From: Clostridiaceae bacterium
GTDB taxonomy: Bacteria > Bacillota > Clostridia > Oscillospirales > Butyricicoccaceae
Assembly (NCBI GenBank): GCA_034926865.1
Contig: JAYFQP010000003.1
Location: forward strand, 138,149 to 170,148
Direction: 5' to 3'
DNA length: 32,000 bases
Made by a program: the position numbers and the translations under genes. The notes below the pieces were generated by a model. It saw only the letters and a list, made by a program, of their open reading frames with translations. It was not told the origin of the DNA and did no database searches. Of the stretch, positions 1-11,632 are shown piece after piece (the stretch's first letter is position 1; each line of letters begins with the position of its first letter).

Positions 1-245
1 ATGAACACAGCCCTTTTTCATTATCGTCTCAGATCAGTCTTCTTCTCGCTGTGACAAACGGATATCTCAACAATATTCCCACAAGCTCTGTCAGGCGGTT
101 TAACCAAGAGCTTCTTATTTATTTAAACAGTACCTGTCGCAGCCAGCTTAGTGATATAGAAAAAACCGGTCTGCTCTCAGACGAAACAAAGGATAATATA
201 ATAAAGGCCATCGCGGAATACGCCAGGGCCTTTAAGGCGGTATAG
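1..245 (+). CDS. atpA: F1 ATP synthase alpha subunit, 3' partial (C-terminal about 80 aa)
   Basis: The frame is open from the window edge (first full codon at nt 3). The translation ...EHSPFSLSSQISLLLAVTNGYLNNIP...AIAEYARAFKAV* resembles the C-terminal helical domain of F1 alpha. It is followed directly by gamma, beta and epsilon in the canonical atpAGDC order. The GTG start at 51 in the ORF track is an artefact of the truncation. Confidence 0.88.
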   Translation, partial: EHSPFSLSSQISLLLAVTNGYLNNIPTSSVRRFNQELLIYLNSTCRSQLSDIEKTGLLSDETKDNIIKAIAEYARAFKAV

Positions 246-247
246 CT

Positions 248-2519
<2,272 letters not shown>

Positions 2520-2930
2520 GTGTCCAAATCATTCAGCCTTACTGTTCTGACGCCCGAGAGGGAGTTTTATAAGGGTCCGGCCGAAAGCTTGATTATCGAA
2601 TCTATCGATGGTGAACTTTGCATTCTCGCAGACCATATTCCTATGGTAGCGGCTCTCGGCGTAGGTGAGCTCAAAATTAAAACAGAAGAAAAGGTTCTAT
2701 CTGCTTTTCATTCAGAAGGATTTCTTGAAGTTCATGGTGATTCCACTACAGTTCTTCTTCAGGCGTGTGAGTGGCCGGAGGAGATAGACATCAACAGAGC
2801 AAAAGAGGCCTTGGAAAGAGCCGAGGCTCGTCTTGAGCAGCAAAGGAATGTTCAGACCCTTGCCCGAAGCAAGATCGCTATGTCCCGTGCCTTGATGCGT
2901 ATAAAGGTGAAGTCAACATCAGATAAATAA
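2520..2930 (+). CDS. atpC: F1 ATP synthase epsilon subunit
   Basis: This 136-aa product starts at a GTG immediately after the atpD TAA. It has an N-terminal beta-sandwich-type sequence (LTVLTPEREFYKGPAESLIIESIDGELCILADHIP) and a C-terminal helical hairpin, and it is the last gene of the operon. Confidence 0.9.
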   Translation: MSKSFSLTVLTPEREFYKGPAESLIIESIDGELCILADHIPMVAALGVGELKIKTEEKVLSAFHSEGFLEVHGDSTTVLLQACEWPEEIDINRAKEALERAEARLEQQRNVQTLARSKIAMSRALMRIKVKSTSDK

Positions 2931-2943
2931 AATATACAATGAT

Positions 2944-2979
2944 CCGCCTTATGGAGCTAATCCATAGGGCGGGTTTTTT
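2944..2979 (+). terminator. Rho-independent terminator of the atp operon
   Basis: CCGCCTTATGGA (2944-2955) pairs with TCCATAGGGCGG (2961-2972), including one G-T wobble. A TTTTTT run follows. The hairpin starts 14 nt after the atpC stop. Confidence 0.8.
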
Positions 2980-3447
2980 ATTCTCTTAATACCCTTAACA
3001 TACGTTAGGTTCGTTATACCATGCAATGCAATTTCCATGATATATCCCACAAACTGAAGCCGATATCCCCTATGTGTTACTTGGGCGCCGAACCGCTCAC
3101 ACAGCATAATCCGCTTCTTTTAGTCAAGCGGTAAAGCGAGAACAATCATCCGTATATCGGCATATGCTATTTAAGCAAGCACTGGTTTCTGCCAGGTCTA
3201 AATGATCCTTTAAGATATGACATAGAACATCAACGCTAAAGTAATATACTGATCCCGCAAATTGACGCTCTTTGTTTCCGATATTCCTTATGACGATAAA
3301 TACTTTATCATATATCCGTGCAGAAGTGGATCTCTCTGCCGGTAAGACCAGTACATCATAGGGCTCTTTCGAAATGTCCAATGATGATCACTGTCCAAAA
3401 TACCCCCATTAAAGCACAAGCTAACCCTTTGGTCTGAAGCATCAGCT

Positions 3448-4569
3448 TTGGACTTTTTAAGGAGTGATATTTTGCACAAGCTACAAGTGGCCGTCTATGC
3501 CATATGCAAAAATGAAAGCAAGCACATCAAGCGATGGATGCAATCTGTAAATGAAGCAGATGGAATATTCGTCCTTGATACGGGCTCAGATGACGACAGC
3601 GTACAAATGCTCAGAAACTTGGGCGCTGCTGTTCGAACTGCGGTCATTACGCCATGGCGCTTTGATACAGCGCGGAATATGTCTCTTGACGCCGTACCCC
3701 AAAACTTTGATATATGCGTATGCTGCGACCTTGATGAAGTATTTACTCCGGGGTGGCGACAGGGCGTTGAAAGCGCTTGGGTTCCAGGATGCCAACAGCT
3801 GCGCTATCCTTTTGTTTATCAGGTTGAGCCAAACGGGGAAGAAAGCTTTTTTTATAGGAATCTTATCCACAGCAGAAAACGCTTTAAATGGCAATATCCG
3901 ATCCATGAGACGCTGCTTTATACAGGCAAAGCTGCTCTGTCAACAATAACAACTGACAACTTCAAGCTCTATCACTACCCCGATAAGGAAAAACCAAGGC
4001 TGAACTATCTTCCGCTTTTAGAGGCGGCATGTGCAGAAAATCCCGACAATCTGAGGATGCTCCACTATTTGGGGCGAGAATATCTGTACCGCAGATTATA
4101 TGATAAAGCAGTTGAACAGCTGTCGCTTCATGCGTTAATTTGTCAGTGGCCGGAAGAGCGGTCTGCCTCTCTGAGATATTTGGGCCGCAGCCTTGAGGCT
4201 CTCGGACGCACAGAGGATGCCGAAAAGGCATTTATAGACGCTGTAAAGGCCTGCCCCTGGATAAGGGAGCCGTATGCCGAATTGTCATATAACTACTACA
4301 AGCATGGAAAATTAGGGGGCTGCCTTGATATGTCCCTCGGTGCTTTAGCCATAGCAACGCCATCCAAACAGTATCTTAACGAAGCCTTTGCATGGGGCAG
4401 TATGCTTTGGGATCTTGCGTCAATTTCAGCCTTTAAGCTTGGTTATACTGAGCGCGCTTTTTTCTACGCAAAAAAAGCCTTAGAGCTGTCTCCCGACGAC
4501 CCAAGGCTTTTAGAAAATATTGAAATGATATCAAAGGCTATGAAGCTATCTCCCTTTAACCCTCTTTAA
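3448..4569 (+). CDS. Family-2 glycosyltransferase with a C-terminal TPR domain
   Basis: The N-terminal half resembles a GT-A fold (VAVYAICKNESKHIKRWMQSV..., FVLDTGSDDDS, and a DxD-like CDLDE). The C-terminal half is TPR-like (LHYLGREYLYRRLYDKAVEQL..., YAKKALELSPDDPRLLENI). The likely true start is the TTG at 3472, which lies 7 nt after an AGGAG at 3460-3464. Confidence 0.6.
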   Translation: MDFLRSDILHKLQVAVYAICKNESKHIKRWMQSVNEADGIFVLDTGSDDDSVQMLRNLGAAVRTAVITPWRFDTARNMSLDAVPQNFDICVCCDLDEVFTPGWRQGVESAWVPGCQQLRYPFVYQVEPNGEESFFYRNLIHSRKRFKWQYPIHETLLYTGKAALSTITTDNFKLYHYPDKEKPRLNYLPLLEAACAENPDNLRMLHYLGREYLYRRLYDKAVEQLSLHALICQWPEERSASLRYLGRSLEALGRTEDAEKAFIDAVKACPWIREPYAELSYNYYKHGKLGGCLDMSLGALAIATPSKQYLNEAFAWGSMLWDLASISAFKLGYTERAFFYAKKALELSPDDPRLLENIEMISKAMKLSPFNPL

Positions 4570-5859
4570 AAGCTCTTCACGGACGTTTTGACATTTTCCA
4601 TCTATGACATCTTCCAGCAAGCTTTCAAGAGCTTCACCAACCGACTGGCCCCTCATTCCAATAGCCAAAAGGTCTTCTCCTTTAACGGCAAGATCTTTAA
4701 GGGTAAGACGGTTTTGCCCCTTCTCGGTGATATCCAGCATCTCAAGAAGCCTGGATGCCTCTTTTCCTCTTATCTGATATCTGGGGCTCTGAGCCATGTT
4801 ATCGGCTATCTTGACCTGTAAAAGTCTGCGGGCGCGTTCACTGCCAAAGCGTGATATCAGCCTTTGAACTGTCTTCTCATCATCTTTAAGCTGATAATCA
4901 TGAAATGCCACAAGCCAAGTGACCTCTTCAACTGTCCTTTTATCAGCCTTAAGCCTCAATAAAGCGGTTCGGGTCATCTCGGCGCTCAGCTTCGCATGAC
5001 CGTAAAAATGTCCTTCGCCATTTTTATCTATGGTAAAGCTGTTGGGTTTCCCCACATCATGAAAAATAAGGGCCAGCCTAACCCACAGATCAGGCGGAGA
5101 ATATGCCACTGCCCTTGCCGTATGCTCCCAGACATCATAGATATGATGTCGGTTTTTCTGATTGAAGCCGATTGTTGAATCTATTTCAGGGATAACCTCA
5201 CGTAAAATTTCAGCGCACTTCGAAAGCGCTTTAAAGATATGATCACCCAATGCCATTTTTTTTATTTCTGAAAAGACCCTCTCTTTTGAAATGTTGTTCA
5301 GAAGGGGGGCCTTTTCAGCCATAGCTGTAAATGTCAGCAACTCTATTTCATACCCCAGACATGAGGAGAACCTCATCCCCCTGAGTATTCTAAGCGCATC
5401 CTCTTCAAATCGTTCCGCAGGGTTGCCCACCGCCCGTATAACGCCGCTTTTTATATCGTCCATGCCCCTAAGCGGATCCTTTATTCCCAAAGCAGGATTG
5501 TATGCCATGGCGTTCATCGTAAAATCGCGCCTTTTTAAGTCCTCATCAAGGCAGCAAATGAATCTGACGTTTTCCGGCCTTCTGTTGCCTACATATGCCC
5601 CTTCTGAGCGATAAGTGGTTATCTCAACTGGCATGCTGTCAACAAACACTGTCACAGTCCCATGCTTAAGACCCGTCTCAACAATATGAAAACCCGAGAA
5701 AGCTTCAATAGTCTGCATTGGAAGAGCGTTTGTAGATATATCCCAGTCGCAAGGCTCTCTGCCTCTGACCATATCCCTCACGCAGCCGCCGACAAAATAA
5801 GCCTCATATCCCTTTCTTTCAAGTGTATTCAAAGCCTCAAGAGCATACTGCGGTATCAT
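4546..5859 (-). CDS. cca: CCA-adding tRNA nucleotidyltransferase (class II, with HD domain)
   Basis: It has the nucleotidyltransferase head motif (GGCVRD), RRDFTMNAM, and an HD domain (FHDVGKP). I prefer the ATG at 5859 (MIPQYALE...), 9 nt downstream of a GGGAGG. The TTG at 5868 in the ORF track lies too close to that RBS. Confidence 0.85.
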   Translation of the reverse strand: MIPQYALEALNTLERKGYEAYFVGGCVRDMVRGREPCDWDISTNALPMQTIEAFSGFHIVETGLKHGTVTVFVDSMPVEITTYRSEGAYVGNRRPENVRFICCLDEDLKRRDFTMNAMAYNPALGIKDPLRGMDDIKSGVIRAVGNPAERFEEDALRILRGMRFSSCLGYEIELLTFTAMAEKAPLLNNISKERVFSEIKKMALGDHIFKALSKCAEILREVIPEIDSTIGFNQKNRHHIYDVWEHTARAVAYSPPDLWVRLALIFHDVGKPNSFTIDKNGEGHFYGHAKLSAEMTRTALLRLKADKRTVEEVTWLVAFHDYQLKDDEKTVQRLISRFGSERARRLLQVKIADNMAQSPRYQIRGKEASRLLEMLDITEKGQNRLTLKDLAVKGEDLLAIGMRGQSVGEALESLLEDVIDGKCQNVREELLKRVKGR

Positions 5860-5894
5860 ATGCAGCAACCTCCCTTCTGCACATTTCCATAAAG

Positions 5895-5922
5895 CTGCAG
5901 ACGAGCCAAAGCCCGTCTGCAG
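5895..5922 (-). terminator. Hairpin between ftsH and cca (weak terminator or attenuator)
   Basis: CTGCAGACG (5895-5903) forms a perfect 9-bp stem with CGTCTGCAG (5914-5922). On the minus strand it is followed only by a weak CTTTAT tract, so read-through into cca is likely. Confidence 0.4.
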
Positions 5923-5929
5923 TAGCGTA

Positions 5930-7945
5930 TTATTGCTGGTTGCTTTGATTTTCTTCTGTCTGCGGTTTGGTTTGTTCTTCAGCCTGTTCCTCAGCCCGTT
6001 CTTCAGCGTGTTCTTCCGCAGAAGGCTTTTTCTCTTCCTCAGAGGTGCCTTCTTTCTGGCTACCTTCAGCTTCCATCAGCCCTGCCTCAGTAATTGAGTC
6101 CCAATCGACTTCACCGCTTTGGAAAAGGGCCTCAAAGTGCTTTTCGCCGATAGTCTCATGTTCCAGAAGGGCCTTTGCTATTTTATCAAGCATCGGCATA
6201 TTTGCACTTATCAGCTTGCAGCAGCGCTGATATGCCTCTTCGATAATGCGCTTGATCTCGCTGTCGATCAGCGCAGCCGTAGCATCTGACATATTCTTTG
6301 TCGTTGCAAAATCCCTTCCGAGGAAAACTTCCTCGTTAGAATTGAAGCTGATGGGGCCGATCTTATCGCTCATGCCATATTTTGTGACCATGTTGCGGGC
6401 AATCTCTGTTGCCCTGTCAATATCGCTGGAGGCTCCTGTTGAAATATCATCCAGAACAAGCTTTTCTGCTACACGACCTCCGAGGAGCACCACAAGCTCG
6501 TCCAGCATATCATTCTTCGATATATAGTATTTATCCTCTTTGGGAAGGCTCATGGTAAAGCCTCCCGCCCTGCCTCTGGGTATAATAGAAACCTGATGAA
6601 CAGCATCCTGCGACGGAAGGAGCTTTGTCGCAAGAGCATGCCCAGCCTCGTGATAAGCCGTAAGCTTCTTCTCATGCGCGGAAATGACACGGCTCTTCTT
6701 TTCGTTACCCATGATTATCTTGAGATAAGCATCGTCAAGGTCTTTCATAGCAATGGCCCTGTGGTCGCTTCTTGCGGCCAGCAGCGCAGCTTCATTCAAG
6801 AGGTTTTCAAGGTCGGCTCCCGTAAAGCCCACAGTTTTGCCGGCAAGTGCCTCAAAGCTTACATTGTTCTCAAAAGGTTTGCCCTTTGAATGAACCTTGA
6901 GTATCTCTCTGCGGCCCTGAATGTCCGGCACGCCTATATAAACCTGTCTGTCGAAACGCCCTGGGCGCAGCAGCGCAGGATCAAGTATGTCTGCACGGTT
7001 CGTGGCGGCGATGACTATGACACCGGCGTTGTTGCCAAAGCCGTCCATCTCGACAAGCAGCTGGTTAAGGGTCTGCTCTCGCTCGTCATGTCCTCCCCCA
7101 AGGCCGGCGCCTCTGCGTCTGCCCACGGCATCTATCTCATCAATAAAAACTATTGATGGCGCATGCTTTTTTGCCTCACCAAAAAGATCCCTTACCCTTG
7201 AAGCTCCTACGCCGACATAAAGCTCCACGAAATCTGAACCTGAAATTGAGAAAAACGGAACCCCTGCCTCGCCTGCAACGGCTTTAGCTATAAGTGTTTT
7301 ACCTGTTCCCGGAGGGCCGACAAGCAGAACGCCTTTAGGTATTCTCGCTCCGAGGCTTAAGAACTTCTGCGGCGATTTTAGAAATTGTACAACCTCTTCA
7401 AGATCGGCCTTTTCCTCGTTGGCACCGGCGACATCCTTAAAGAACACCTTTTTAGTATCTGGGGTGGCAAGTTTAGCTCTGGATTTGCCGAAATTCATGG
7501 CACCTCTTGCTCCGCCGTCCTGCTTGCTGATAACAAAGAACCAAAAAGCGCCGAACAGTACAGCAAGAATTATATATGGCAGAAAAGCCGCAAACCAAGA
7601 GGTCTGTTCCACTTCAAAATCCTGCATGCTGATTATTCCCGAATCTCGCTGCTTTGCTATTGTCTCGCCTAGGTCATAATAAAAGACATCGACCCCCGGA
7701 AGCTCATATTCAACAACCTTACCGTCTTTGAGCTTCATTGTAAGCGAATTGCCCTTTATTACAAAGGCGTCAACCTCTTCGCTTTTAAAATAGTTTACGA
7801 CTTCGCTATATGTTGTTTTTTCCTGATCCTCGGGAAAATCGAGCAAAACTCCGACGGTCCCCATGATTATCATTATGAGAATCAGGTAAAGACCTATGCC
7901 GGGAAGTTTCAGGGTGTTTTTATTATTATTCTGATTTCTGTTCAA
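5930..7945 (-). CDS. ftsH: ATP-dependent zinc metalloprotease FtsH
   Basis: It has two N-terminal TM segments, an AAA+ Walker A (GPPGTGKT), a Walker B (IVFIDEIDA), a second region of homology ([19 protein letters not shown]) and a zinc site (HEAGHA). It lies in the classic tilS-hpt-ftsH order. Confidence 0.97.
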   Translation of the reverse strand: MNRNQNNNKNTLKLPGIGLYLILIMIIMGTVGVLLDFPEDQEKTTYSEVVNYFKSEEVDAFVIKGNSLTMKLKDGKVVEYELPGVDVFYYDLGETIAKQRDSGIISMQDFEVEQTSWFAAFLPYIILAVLFGAFWFFVISKQDGGARGAMNFGKSRAKLATPDTKKVFFKDVAGANEEKADLEEVVQFLKSPQKFLSLGARIPKGVLLVGPPGTGKTLIAKAVAGEAGVPFFSISGSDFVELYVGVGASRVRDLFGEAKKHAPSIVFIDEIDAVGRRRGAGLGGGHDEREQTLNQLLVEMDGFGNNAGVIVIAATNRADILDPALLRPGRFDRQVYIGVPDIQGRREILKVHSKGKPFENNVSFEALAGKTVGFTGADLENLLNEAALLAARSDHRAIAMKDLDDAYLKIIMGNEKKSRVISAHEKKLTAYHEAGHALATKLLPSQDAVHQVSIIPRGRAGGFTMSLPKEDKYYISKNDMLDELVVLLGGRVAEKLVLDDISTGASSDIDRATEIARNMVTKYGMSDKIGPISFNSNEEVFLGRDFATTKNMSDATAALIDSEIKRIIEEAYQRCCKLISANMPMLDKIAKALLEHETIGEKHFEALFQSGEVDWDSITEAGLMEAEGSQKEGTSEEEKKPSAEEHAEERAEEQAEEQTKPQTEENQSNQQ

Positions 7946-7978
7946 GTCGGTTATTCACTCCTTTTCTGCGGCCTTTGC

Positions 7979-8518
7979 CTATTTTGTGTAAATCTCCGGC
8001 TTTAACACGCAGAGATCGGGAAGATTCCTGTATTTTTCATCATAATCAAGGCCATAACCGACGACAAATTCATCGGGAATGCTGATACCCTTGTAATCCA
8101 CATCAACATTAGCCTTTCTTCTCTCTGGTTTATCAAGAAGCGTACATATTGCAAGAGATGCTGGCTTTCTAGACTTGAGAAGTTCGACAAGATGAGAAAG
8201 CGTTATGCCGCTGTCCAAAATATCCTCAACGATTATAACATGTTTGCCCTCTATATTGGTGTCCAAATCTTTAATAATCTTAACCCTGCCGGAGCTTGTA
8301 GTGCCGCATCCGTAGCTTGAGACCGACATAAAATCAAGTGAACATGGAATCGTGACCTCACGTATAAGGTCAGCCATAAAGACAAAAGCTCCCTTTAATA
8401 CGCTTACAAGTATAGGGTCTTTCCCCGCATAATCCATGGATATCTTTTTGCCCAGTCCACACACCGTCTCATGGAGCTGCTCACTTGTATAAAGCACCTC
8501 CCTGACATCGTTCATCAT
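7979..8518 (-). CDS. hpt: Hypoxanthine-guanine phosphoribosyltransferase
   Basis: A PRPP-binding loop is present (VIIVEDILDSGITL), and the length of about 179 aa is typical. I prefer the ATG at 8518, 8 nt downstream of an AGGAGG. That ATG overlaps the tilS TGA (ATGATG). Confidence 0.93.
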   Translation of the reverse strand: MMNDVREVLYTSEQLHETVCGLGKKISMDYAGKDPILVSVLKGAFVFMADLIREVTIPCSLDFMSVSSYGCGTTSSGRVKIIKDLDTNIEGKHVIIVEDILDSGITLSHLVELLKSRKPASLAICTLLDKPERRKANVDVDYKGISIPDEFVVGYGLDYDEKYRNLPDLCVLKPEIYTK

Positions 8519-9837
8519 ATATTGATCCTCCTGCATTTTATATTAAAGGGAACGCCTATATTTTTATAGCACCTTTGCCTGTCTTTTTCAAGGTCTCCCA
8601 ATAGCAATACTCCCTTATTATCGCATATAAGTGGTATTCTGTCACGGGTTTTGGCAGGAATTTTTTTGTCAATTAAATATTTTTTTACGCTTTTATGCCC
8701 GCTTACCATAGAGATCATATCTCCTTCCAAACGGCTTCTAACTTTAAGGGGGAACTCTATCTGTTCACGGCAGAATGCTACCCCTTCTGCCCCGCCTGCC
8801 TCGATTTCCCAGCCTCCCCATATGATCTTTTGTCCATTAGGAATCGATGTGTTTAAAGGGGGATCCCGGTCAGGTTCCTCGCGCTTTGTTATGGCGAGCG
8901 TGTCATATGAAATAATGCCTATGAAGCCTGCTCCGATATCAGCTGAAGATGAAACTTTGCCTTCTCTTGCAAGAGCTGAAAGCGACGCCACATGCTCAAA
9001 ATTAAGCCCCATGGGATCTCCTCCGGCTTCCGAAAGCAGTTCCCTTAAAATATAGACGTATAGAGCGGGGTGAGCCTTTCTCAGCTTCTCAAGGGATATC
9101 TCACCCTTTATTCTTTCGCCGTTAAGCACCCCAAGCGCAGAAAAGCGAAGAAAATCCTCAGCCTGGCGGACGCTTTCAGCTGCTCTCAGCATAGCTTTAT
9201 CGGCTTCAGGGTTTATATTCCTGAGCTGAGGCATGATATTATGCCTTATCCTGTTGCGGCTGTATTTGCAGTCAAAGTTTGTTTTATCTGTGGCATATAA
9301 AAGCCTGTTTTCTTTATCATACTCCTCAATTCTCTGCCTTGAAACGCCCATGAGGGGCCTTATGACTTTATCATTCACTGGCGGTATTCCACAGAGCCCG
9401 GAAAGCCCGCTTCCGCGAGCCAAATTGAAAATCATGGTTTCTGAATTATCGCTCAAATTATGGGCTGTGGCAATAGCGTCACAGCCCTCCTGCTCCATCG
9501 TCTTATATAAATAGGCGTATCGAAGCTCCCTTGCAGCGGCCTCAAGCCCGATTTTATGCATTTCTGAATAAGCCGGCGTATCACCTCTGCCCACAAAAAG
9601 CTTTACCCCCATACTTCCGCAAAGAGAAGAAACAAGCTCTAGCTCATCTTCCGCGGCCTCCGGGCGTATACCATGGATAAAATGGGCCGCCATGACTTCT
9701 ATCCCAATCCTCTGCCTGTTTGATGCGAGAAAATGCAAAAGGCAAACAGAGTCCGCACCGCCCGAAAGGGCGACAAGAATTCTGCCGCCCTTTCTGATAA
9801 TATCTTCATTTATCTCAAATTTACTTTGGTTCCTCAT
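8515..9837 (-). CDS. tilS: tRNA(Ile)-lysidine synthetase
   Basis: It has an N-type ATP pyrophosphatase PP-loop (VALSGGADSVCL) and a C-terminal TilS domain (KKYLIDKKIP). It sits immediately upstream of hpt and ftsH. Confidence 0.9.
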   Translation of the reverse strand: MRNQSKFEINEDIIRKGGRILVALSGGADSVCLLHFLASNRQRIGIEVMAAHFIHGIRPEAAEDELELVSSLCGSMGVKLFVGRGDTPAYSEMHKIGLEAAARELRYAYLYKTMEQEGCDAIATAHNLSDNSETMIFNLARGSGLSGLCGIPPVNDKVIRPLMGVSRQRIEEYDKENRLLYATDKTNFDCKYSRNRIRHNIMPQLRNINPEADKAMLRAAESVRQAEDFLRFSALGVLNGERIKGEISLEKLRKAHPALYVYILRELLSEAGGDPMGLNFEHVASLSALAREGKVSSSADIGAGFIGIISYDTLAITKREEPDRDPPLNTSIPNGQKIIWGGWEIEAGGAEGVAFCREQIEFPLKVRSRLEGDMISMVSGHKSVKKYLIDKKIPAKTRDRIPLICDNKGVLLLGDLEKDRQRCYKNIGVPFNIKCRRINI

Positions 9838-11164
9838 ATCTTGTTTCCCTGCCCCTGAAAGTGGTAAACTGACCTTCCCACTGAAGCTCTATCTTGCCGA
9901 CCTCTCCGTGGCGGTTTTTTGCTACGATTATCTCGGCAAGATTTTTTGTTTCCGGCTTGGCATCTTGGTAATAGTCGGGCCTGTAAATGAAAAGCACAAT
10001 ATCCGCGTCCTGCTCGATAGAGCCTGACTCACGAAGATCTGAAAGCATCGGGCGCTTGTCCGTTCTGCCCTCAGGGCCTCGTGAAAGCTGTGAAAGGCAG
10101 AGAACCGGAACATTTAAGTCTTTTGCCATTATCTTGAGCGAACGCGAAATCTCAGCAACCTCCTGAACACGGTTGTCATTTCGCCTGCCGCTGTGCATCA
10201 GCTGGAGGTAGTCTATTACAACAAGGCCAAGCTCGCCTCCTATCCTGCGGCACTTGGCCTTCATCTCAGAAACGGTTATCCCAGAATTATCATCAATAAG
10301 TATCCTGCTTTGAGTAAGATTGGTGGCCGCTCCGGCTATTCTGCCCCAATCATCATCGCTCAGTGTGCCCATGCGAAGGCTTTTATTGTCGACAAGAGCC
10401 TCGCTTGAAAGAAGCCTCATCGCAAGCTGTTGGCTGGACATCTCAAGTTGAAAGATAACTACGCTCTTGTTAGTATCCTTTATCGCTTTTCTTGCGATAT
10501 TTAACGCAATAGAGGTCTTTCCCATGCCGGGGCGCGAAGCAAGCAGTATAAGGTCAGACTTATTAAGCCCGCCTATCATCCTGTCAAGATCTGAAAACCC
10601 TGTGGGCAGCCCGGGAAGCATTCCCGGATGCTTGCTCATCTCGTCAAGGTGGTTATAAACCTCTGCAATGGCTGTATTTATGGTTTTTAGGCCCTTGACC
10701 TCCCTGCCCTGCCTTACAGAATATATCTTCTGCTCGGCAAGCTCGGCTATAGTCTGAGGGTCCTCCTGCTCGTCCATAGTAAGCTGAGTTATCTCGGCCG
10801 AGATATCCTGAAGCTCCCTAAGCATGCTCTTGCCCCTGATTATCTTGCAGTATTCAAGGACATTAGCCGAAGTGGGTGTCATTTCAATAAGCTGTATAAA
10901 GTATTCCCTGTTAGCCTGCTCCTTATATCCCATCGACTTCATTTCATCGATAACAGTGACAGGATCTATAAGCCTGCCAGAAGTGAACATAAAGGATATT
11001 GCGCTAAATATAACGCGGTTAGCCTCTATATAAAAATCTTCCTCAGTTACTGCCTCGATGACAGCCGGTATGCACTTTGGATCTATCATCATCGAGCCGA
11101 TAACGGCCTGTTCGGCTTCGACGCTATATGGAACTTTTTTTAGAAAAAGCTGGTCGGAAGCCAT
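9821..11164 (-). CDS. dnaB: Replicative DNA helicase (DnaB/DnaC family)
   Basis: The N-terminus is VPYSVEAEQAVIGSMMIDP. It has a Walker A (ASRPGMGKTS), a Walker B (VVIDYLQLM) and the helicase motif LSQLSR. Its last 17 nt overlap the tilS start. Confidence 0.95.
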   Translation of the reverse strand: MASDQLFLKKVPYSVEAEQAVIGSMMIDPKCIPAVIEAVTEEDFYIEANRVIFSAISFMFTSGRLIDPVTVIDEMKSMGYKEQANREYFIQLIEMTPTSANVLEYCKIIRGKSMLRELQDISAEITQLTMDEQEDPQTIAELAEQKIYSVRQGREVKGLKTINTAIAEVYNHLDEMSKHPGMLPGLPTGFSDLDRMIGGLNKSDLILLASRPGMGKTSIALNIARKAIKDTNKSVVIFQLEMSSQQLAMRLLSSEALVDNKSLRMGTLSDDDWGRIAGAATNLTQSRILIDDNSGITVSEMKAKCRRIGGELGLVVIDYLQLMHSGRRNDNRVQEVAEISRSLKIMAKDLNVPVLCLSQLSRGPEGRTDKRPMLSDLRESGSIEQDADIVLFIYRPDYYQDAKPETKNLAEIIVAKNRHGEVGKIELQWEGQFTTFRGRETRYEEPK

Positions 11165-11182
11165 TGTGCTTATCCCCCTTGT

Positions 11183-11632
11183 TTATTCGAGCTCTGAGAC
11201 AACAACCTTTATTACCCCGTTCACTTCCGTGAAAAGCTTGGCCTTGACTTCAAAGGTACCAAAAGTCTTTATAGGATCTTCGATTGTCAGTTTTGTCTTG
11301 GGTATATCAATCTTATACTGCTCCATAAGAGCTTCCGAAATCTCCTTGGCAGTAACGGAGCCAAAAAGCCTTCCGCCTGTACCGGCCTTAGCCTTTATAC
11401 TTACAGGCATCTCTGCAAGCCCTTTTTGAAGTTCAACAGCTGATTTCTTTTCAAGCTCTACTCTGCGCTTTGCGGCATCGTCAGCAATCTTCTTGGCGTT
11501 CATTGCGTCAGCAGTAGCCTCCATGGCAAGCTTCTTCGGGTAAAGAAAGTTTCTGGCATATCCATCGGATACATTCACCATATCTCCCCTTTTCCCCTGT
11601 CCCTTTACATCTTCAAGAAGTATTACTTTCAT
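11183..11632 (-). CDS. rplI: 50S ribosomal protein L9
   Basis: [36 protein letters not shown] is a textbook L9 N-terminus, and the product is 149 aa. Its ATG overlaps the upstream gdpP stop (ATGA). Confidence 0.96.
   Translation of the reverse strand: MKVILLEDVKGQGKRGDMVNVSDGYARNFLYPKKLAMEATADAMNAKKIADDAAKRRVELEKKSAVELQKGLAEMPVSIKAKAGTGGRLFGSVTAKEISEALMEQYKIDIPKTKLTIEDPIKTFGTFEVKAKLFTEVNGVIKVVVSELE

Noticed and set aside
51-245. A 64-aa ORF with a GTG start in the ORF track
   Set aside because: The frame stays open back to the window edge and the sequence is the C-terminus of F1 alpha. It is therefore reported as a partial atpA rather than an independent small gene.
3124-3479. Two overlapping minus-strand ORFs (85 aa and 63 aa) in the atpC-glycosyltransferase spacer
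   Set aside because: The 85-aa ORF has a TTG start and neither has a Shine-Dalgarno sequence. They are mutually overlapping and have no motif I can recognise. At best they are pseudogene debris, so they are discussed in a finding rather than called as CDS.
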